Assembly (NCBI RefSeq): GCF_000017305.1
Contig: NC_009664.2
Coordinates: 960,001 to 992,000 of the forward strand
Source of the DNA: Kineococcus radiotolerans SRS30216 = ATCC BAA-149
GTDB taxonomy: Bacteria > Actinomycetota > Actinomycetes > Actinomycetales > Kineococcaceae
DNA length: 32,000 nt
Direction: 5' to 3'
The position numbers were made by a program, and so were the translations under genes. Below, in pieces: positions 27,843-32,000 of the stretch (position 1 is the first letter of the stretch; the number at the start of each line of letters is the position of its first letter). Under the pieces are notes generated by a model. It was not told the origin of the DNA and made no database searches. It saw only the letters and a list, made by a program, of their open reading frames with translations.

Positions 27843-28930
27843 ACGTCCAGGCCGATGGCCCGGGCGATGGTCACCGCGTCGGGCTGGACGCGGACCGGCT
27901 GCACGGCGTGCCGACGCCCGTCGGCCCCCTCGCCGGCGAGCTCGAGGGCCCACTGCGGGTCCTTGAGGCCGTGCCCGGTGACGGTGATGACGATGGTCTG
28001 GTCCGGCTCGACCTCGCCGGCCTCGCAGGCGGCGAGCAGCCCCGCGACCCCGGCGGCGGAGGCCGGTTCGACGAAGACGCCCTCCCGGGCCGAGAGCCAG
28101 CGGTGGGCGGCCAGGATCTGCTCGTCGGTCACGGCGTCGATGCGCCCGCCGGAGGTGTCGCGCGCGGTCGTGGCCCCGGTCCAGGACGCGGGGTGACCGA
28201 TCCGGATGGCGGTGGCGATCGTCTCCGGCTCGTCGACGGGGTGGCCCTTGACGATGGGCGCGGCCCCGGCGGCCTGGAAGCCCCACATCTTCGGGGTCTT
28301 CGTCGCGATGCCGTCCGCGGCGTACTCGGTGTAGCCCTTCCAGTACGCGGTGATGTTGCCGGCGTTGCCGACGGGCAGGGCGTGGATGTCGGGGGCGTCG
28401 CCGAGGACGTCGACGACCTCGAAGGCGCCGGTCTTCTGCCCCTCGATGCGGTACGGGTTGACCGAGTTCACCAGCTCGACGGGGTAGGCCTCGGCCAGCT
28501 TGCGGGCCTGGTTCAGGCAGTCGTCGAAGTTGCCGTCGACCTGCAGCAGCGTCGCGCCGTGGGCGACGGCCTGGGACAGCTTGCCCATGGCGATCTTGCC
28601 GTCGGGCACGAGGACGGCGCAGCGGATCCCCGCGGCGACGGCGTAGGCCGCGGCCGAGGCCGAGGTGTTGCCGGTGGAGGCGCAGACGACGACCTCGGCC
28701 CCCAGCTCCTTGGCCCGGGTCATGGCCATCGTCATGCCGCGGTCCTTGAACGACCCGGTGGGGTTGCAGCCCTCGACCTTGAGGAACACCCGGCCCCTCG
28801 CCTTCTCGGAGAGGGCGTGCGCGGGCACCAGCGGGGTCCCGCCCTCCCCCAGGGTCACCACCGGGGTCGTCGCGGTCACGGGCAGCCGGTCCCGGTACTC
28901 CTCGATGAGACCCCGCCACACGTGCGCCAT
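27839..28930 (-). CDS. thrC: Threonine synthase
   Basis: 363 aa. The PLP-lysine context is [10 protein letters not shown]. Further motifs are [13 protein letters not shown] and GNAGNITAY. The ATG shares one nt with the hom stop (TGATG). Confidence 0.95.
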   Translation of the reverse strand: MAHVWRGLIEEYRDRLPVTATTPVVTLGEGGTPLVPAHALSEKARGRVFLKVEGCNPTGSFKDRGMTMAMTRAKELGAEVVVCASTGNTSASAAAYAVAAGIRCAVLVPDGKIAMGKLSQAVAHGATLLQVDGNFDDCLNQARKLAEAYPVELVNSVNPYRIEGQKTGAFEVVDVLGDAPDIHALPVGNAGNITAYWKGYTEYAADGIATKTPKMWGFQAAGAAPIVKGHPVDEPETIATAIRIGHPASWTGATTARDTSGGRIDAVTDEQILAAHRWLSAREGVFVEPASAAGVAGLLAACEAGEVEPDQTIVITVTGHGLKDPQWALELAGEGADGRRHAVQPVRVQPDAVTIARAIGLDV

Positions 28931-30303
28931 CAGGCGTCCCCTCCCTCGACCCGCAGCACACCGGCCACCGAGTCCACGATCTCCAGGTCTTCCAGTTCCT
29001 CCACCGTCGCCGCGAGGGCGGCGTCGGTCGCGCTGTGGGTCACGACGACGAGCACGGCGCGGCCGGCCCCGTCCCCGGTGGTGACCTGGCGCTGCTGCAC
29101 GGCCTCGATGGAGACGCCGTGCTGGGCGAACACCCCGGCCACCTGGGCCAGGACACCGGGCTTGTCCGCGACGTCGAGGCGCACGTGGTACCGCGTCACC
29201 GTCTCCGCCATGGGCTGCACCGCGAGCTGCGCGTAGGCGGACTCCCCCGGCCCCCGGCCGCCCACGACCTTGTGCCGGGCGACCGCGACGACGTCGCCCA
29301 TGACCGCGCTCGCCGTGGGCTGGCCCCCGGCGCCGGGGCCGTAGAACATGAGCTGCCCGGCGGACTCCGCCTCGACGTAGACGGCGTTGAACGCCCCCCG
29401 CACGCCGGCGAGCTGGTGGGCGCGCGGCAGCATCGCCGGGTGCACGCGCACCGAGACGGTCTCGTCGCCGGCCGCGTCGACGCCCCGCTCGCAGATCGCG
29501 AGCAGCTTCACCACGCAGCCCTGCAGCTGCGCGGCGCGCACGTCGGCGGCGCTCACCTCGGTGATGCCCTCGCGGTGGACGTCGTCGAGGCTGACGCGGG
29601 TGTGGAAGGCCAGCGAGGCCAGGATCGCGGCCTTGGCCGCGGCGTCGAAGCCCTCGACGTCGGCCGTCGGGTCGGCCTCGGCGTACCCCAGGGCCTGGGC
29701 CTGCTCGACGGCCTCGGCGAACCCCATGCCGGTGGTGTCCATCTGGTCCAGGACGTAGTTCGTCGTCCCGTTGACGATGCCCAGGACGCGGGTGACGCGG
29801 TCGCCGGCCAGGGACTCCTTCAGGGGGCGCAGCAGCGGGATCGCCCCGGCGACCGACGCCTCGTAGTAGAGGTCCACGCCGTTCTCCGCCGCGGCCTCGT
29901 ACAGCGTCGGGCCGTCGGCGGCGAGCAGCGCCTTGTTGGCCGTGACGACCGAGGCGCCGTGCGCGAACGCCCGCAGGACGAGCGAGCGGGCCGGCTCGAT
30001 GCCCCCGATGACCTCGACGACGACGTCGGCGCGGGTCACGAGCTCCTCGGCGTCGGTCGTGAACAGCGAGGGGTCCACGGGGAGGTCGCGGTCGCGGCCG
30101 AGGCGGCGCACCGCGATCCCCACGAGCTCCAGCGGCGCCCCCACCCGCGACGCGAGCTCACCGGACTGCGTCGTCAGCAGCCGCGCGACCTCGGTGCCCA
30201 CGACACCGCACCCGAGCAGCGCGACCTTCACCGGCTCCACCGCAAGCGTCCCCTCAGTTGGTCCAGCACGATCGGCCCCCACCCTCTCACCCGCGGGGGT
30301 CAC
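28930..30303 (-). CDS. hom: Homoserine dehydrogenase with C-terminal ACT domain
   Basis: The Rossmann motif is [13 protein letters not shown], followed by the catalytic domain and an ACT-like C-terminus. GTG at 30303 overlaps the lysA stop (GTGA). An alternative GTG at 30240 (preceded by GAGGGGA) would remove 21 N-terminal residues. Confidence 0.9.
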   Translation of the reverse strand: MTPAGERVGADRAGPTEGTLAVEPVKVALLGCGVVGTEVARLLTTQSGELASRVGAPLELVGIAVRRLGRDRDLPVDPSLFTTDAEELVTRADVVVEVIGGIEPARSLVLRAFAHGASVVTANKALLAADGPTLYEAAAENGVDLYYEASVAGAIPLLRPLKESLAGDRVTRVLGIVNGTTNYVLDQMDTTGMGFAEAVEQAQALGYAEADPTADVEGFDAAAKAAILASLAFHTRVSLDDVHREGITEVSAADVRAAQLQGCVVKLLAICERGVDAAGDETVSVRVHPAMLPRAHQLAGVRGAFNAVYVEAESAGQLMFYGPGAGGQPTASAVMGDVVAVARHKVVGGRGPGESAYAQLAVQPMAETVTRYHVRLDVADKPGVLAQVAGVFAQHGVSIEAVQQRQVTTGDGAGRAVLVVVTHSATDAALAATVEELEDLEIVDSVAGVLRVEGGDA

Positions 30304-31691
30304 CCCGCGTCGAGGGCGAGCAGGTCCTCGGGGGTCTCGCGACGCACCAGCACCGTGGCGGAACCGTCGCGCACCGCGACCACCCCCGGCCGCGGCAGCT
30401 GGTTGTAGTTGCTGGCCATGCTGCGGCAGTACGCGCCCGTCCCCGGGACCGCGAGCAGGTCGCCACCCCCGAGGTCCTCGGGCAGGAACTCGTCGCGCAC
30501 GACGACGTCACCGCTCTCGCAGTGCTTGCCGACCACCCGGGAGAGCACCCCCGGCGCGGTGGAGGCGCGCGAGGCGACGGTCGCGGAGTAGTCGGCGCCG
30601 TAGAGGGCGGTGCGGATGTTGTCGCTCATGCCGCCGTCGACGGACACGTAGCGCCGGCGCGTCCCCCCGTCGAGCTCGACCTCCTTGGTCGTGCCCACCT
30701 CGTAGAGGGTGAACGTGCTCGGCGCGGCGATGGCCCGGCCCGGCTCGACCGAGACCCGGGGCACGGCGATGCCCTGGACGAGGCACTCGCGGGCCACGAT
30801 CTCCGCCAGCCGGCCGGCGATCTCGGTGGGGGCCAGCGGCGCGTCCTCGGAGGTGTAGGCCACGCCGTACCCGCCGCCGAGGTCGAGCTCGGGCAGCTCC
30901 ACGCCGTGGTCGCGCTCGACCTTGTGGTGCAGCTCCAGCAGGCGGCGCGCGGAGACCTCGAACCCGCCCAGGTCGAAGATCTGCGACCCGATGTGGCTGT
31001 GCAGCCCCAGCAGGCGCAGCTCCGGGCGGGCCAGGATCCTCGCGACGGCGGCCTCGGCCTGCCCCGAGGCCAGCGACACCCCGAACTTCTGGTCCTCGTG
31101 GGCGGTCGCGATGTACTGGTGGGTGTGGGCCTCCACGCCCACCGTGACGCGCAGCATCACGGGGGCGACGACCCCGCGCTCGCGCGCCAGGTCGGCGATC
31201 ACGTCGATCTCGGCCGGGGAGTCCACGACGATGCGCCCCACCCCGACCTCCAGGGCCCTGACGATCTCCCGGCGGGACTTGTTGTTGCCGTGCAGCGCGA
31301 TCCGGGCCGGCGGCACCCCGCCGCGCAGGCCGAGCTCGAGCTCTCCGGCCGAGGCGGTGTCCAGGTGCAGCCCGTCCGCGGCGATCCAGCGCGTCACCCC
31401 GGTGGCGGTGAACGCCTTGGACGCGTAGTAGACGTCGGCCCCGCCGCAGAGGTCGGCGAAGGCGTCCGCGAAGGCGTCGCGGAAGGCCACGGCGCGGGTG
31501 CGGAAGTCCAGCTCGTCCACGACGAAGAGCGGGGTGCCGTACGTCGCGGCCAGGTCGGCGACGGCGACCCCGCCGACGTGCAGCGCCCCCGCCGCGTCAC
31601 GCCCGACGGTGCGCGCCCACAGCTGCGGCAGCAGTTCGTTGACGTCGGCCGGCGGCTTCAGCCAGGCCGGCACGACGGCGATGTTCGCCAC
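30300..31691 (-). CDS. lysA: Diaminopimelate decarboxylase
   Basis: 463 aa. The PLP-lysine region is YYASKAF, followed by GGGYGVAY and the C-terminal CESGD. GTG start with GGAGGGG upstream, 14 nt after the argS stop. Confidence 0.95.
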   Translation of the reverse strand: MANIAVVPAWLKPPADVNELLPQLWARTVGRDAAGALHVGGVAVADLAATYGTPLFVVDELDFRTRAVAFRDAFADAFADLCGGADVYYASKAFTATGVTRWIAADGLHLDTASAGELELGLRGGVPPARIALHGNNKSRREIVRALEVGVGRIVVDSPAEIDVIADLARERGVVAPVMLRVTVGVEAHTHQYIATAHEDQKFGVSLASGQAEAAVARILARPELRLLGLHSHIGSQIFDLGGFEVSARRLLELHHKVERDHGVELPELDLGGGYGVAYTSEDAPLAPTEIAGRLAEIVARECLVQGIAVPRVSVEPGRAIAAPSTFTLYEVGTTKEVELDGGTRRRYVSVDGGMSDNIRTALYGADYSATVASRASTAPGVLSRVVGKHCESGDVVVRDEFLPEDLGGGDLLAVPGTGAYCRSMASNYNQLPRPGVVAVRDGSATVLVRRETPEDLLALDAG

Positions 31692-31705
31692 TCAGAACCC
31701 CTCCG

Positions 31706-32000
31706 TCACATCCGGTCCGGGGACGAGACGCCGAGCAGGCCCAGCCCGTTGGCCAGCACCTGCCGCGTCGCGTCGTTGAGCCACAACCGGGTGCGGTGCA
31801 CGTCGGTGACCTCTTCGCCCGCGCGCGGGGTGACCCGGCACGCGTCGTAGAACTTGTGGAACCTGCCCGCGAGCTCCTCGAGGTAGCGCGCGACCCGGTG
31901 CGGTTCGCGCAGCTCGCCGGCGCGGGCGACCACGGCGGGGAACTCCGCCAGCGCGGCCAGCAGCAGCGACTCGGTCTCCTCGGTCAGCAGCGAGGGGTCG
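31706..32000 (-). CDS. argS: Arginine--tRNA ligase, C-terminal (anticodon-binding DALR) end; 5' part lies outside the window
   Basis: The frame is open to the window edge. The C-terminus is [25 protein letters not shown]...[29 protein letters not shown], typical of ArgRS, which ends in Met. Confidence 0.9.
   Translation of the reverse strand, partial: DPSLLTEETESLLLAALAEFPAVVARAGELREPHRVARYLEELAGRFHKFYDACRVTPRAGEEVTDVHRTRLWLNDATRQVLANGLGLLGVSSPDRM

Overview
This is a very high-G+C (about three quarters by eye) actinobacterial chromosomal core segment, densely packed and mostly encoded on the minus strand. Read along the minus strand, the gene order is: argS(3' end)-lysA-hom-thrC-thrB, rho, rpmE, prfA, [secreted serine hydrolase], prmC, tsaC/sua5, wecA, atpI-like, atpZ-like, atpB-E-F-H-A-G-D-C, DUF2550. 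From memory this matches the Mycobacterium tuberculosis Rv1292-Rv1312 arrangement; genus cannot be determined from the sequence alone. The left third holds smaller units:
- a STAS-domain protein
- nucS (EndoMS)
- a small Cys/His protein
- a threonine-aldolase-family gene plus an alpha/beta hydrolase
- a DivIVA-domain coiled-coil protein
- an MTH1187/YkoF-like protein
- DoxX
- a coupled membrane-protein/lipoprotein pair followed by a Cys-free thioredoxin-TPR protein
- the 3' part of an ABC-F ATPase

I found no tRNA/rRNA, CRISPR array, transposase, integrase, phage or toxin-antitoxin signatures. I do not see a convincing novel defence or mobile system. This is an ordinary housekeeping region. 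The observations most worth a second look are:
- an F-ATP synthase with an 89-aa epsilon lacking the C-terminal helical domain, an alpha subunit with a C-terminal extension, and a delta subunit with an internal duplication
- a serine hydrolase inserted between prfA and prmC, preceded by a hairpin and a C10/G10 tract
- a roughly 215-nt pyrimidine-rich rho leader, and a Rho protein with a roughly 250-aa low-complexity insertion
- a 49-bp 3' overlap between the convergent nucS and STAS genes
- an uncharacterised envelope gene pair

All family assignments come from motif recognition by eye, not from database searches.
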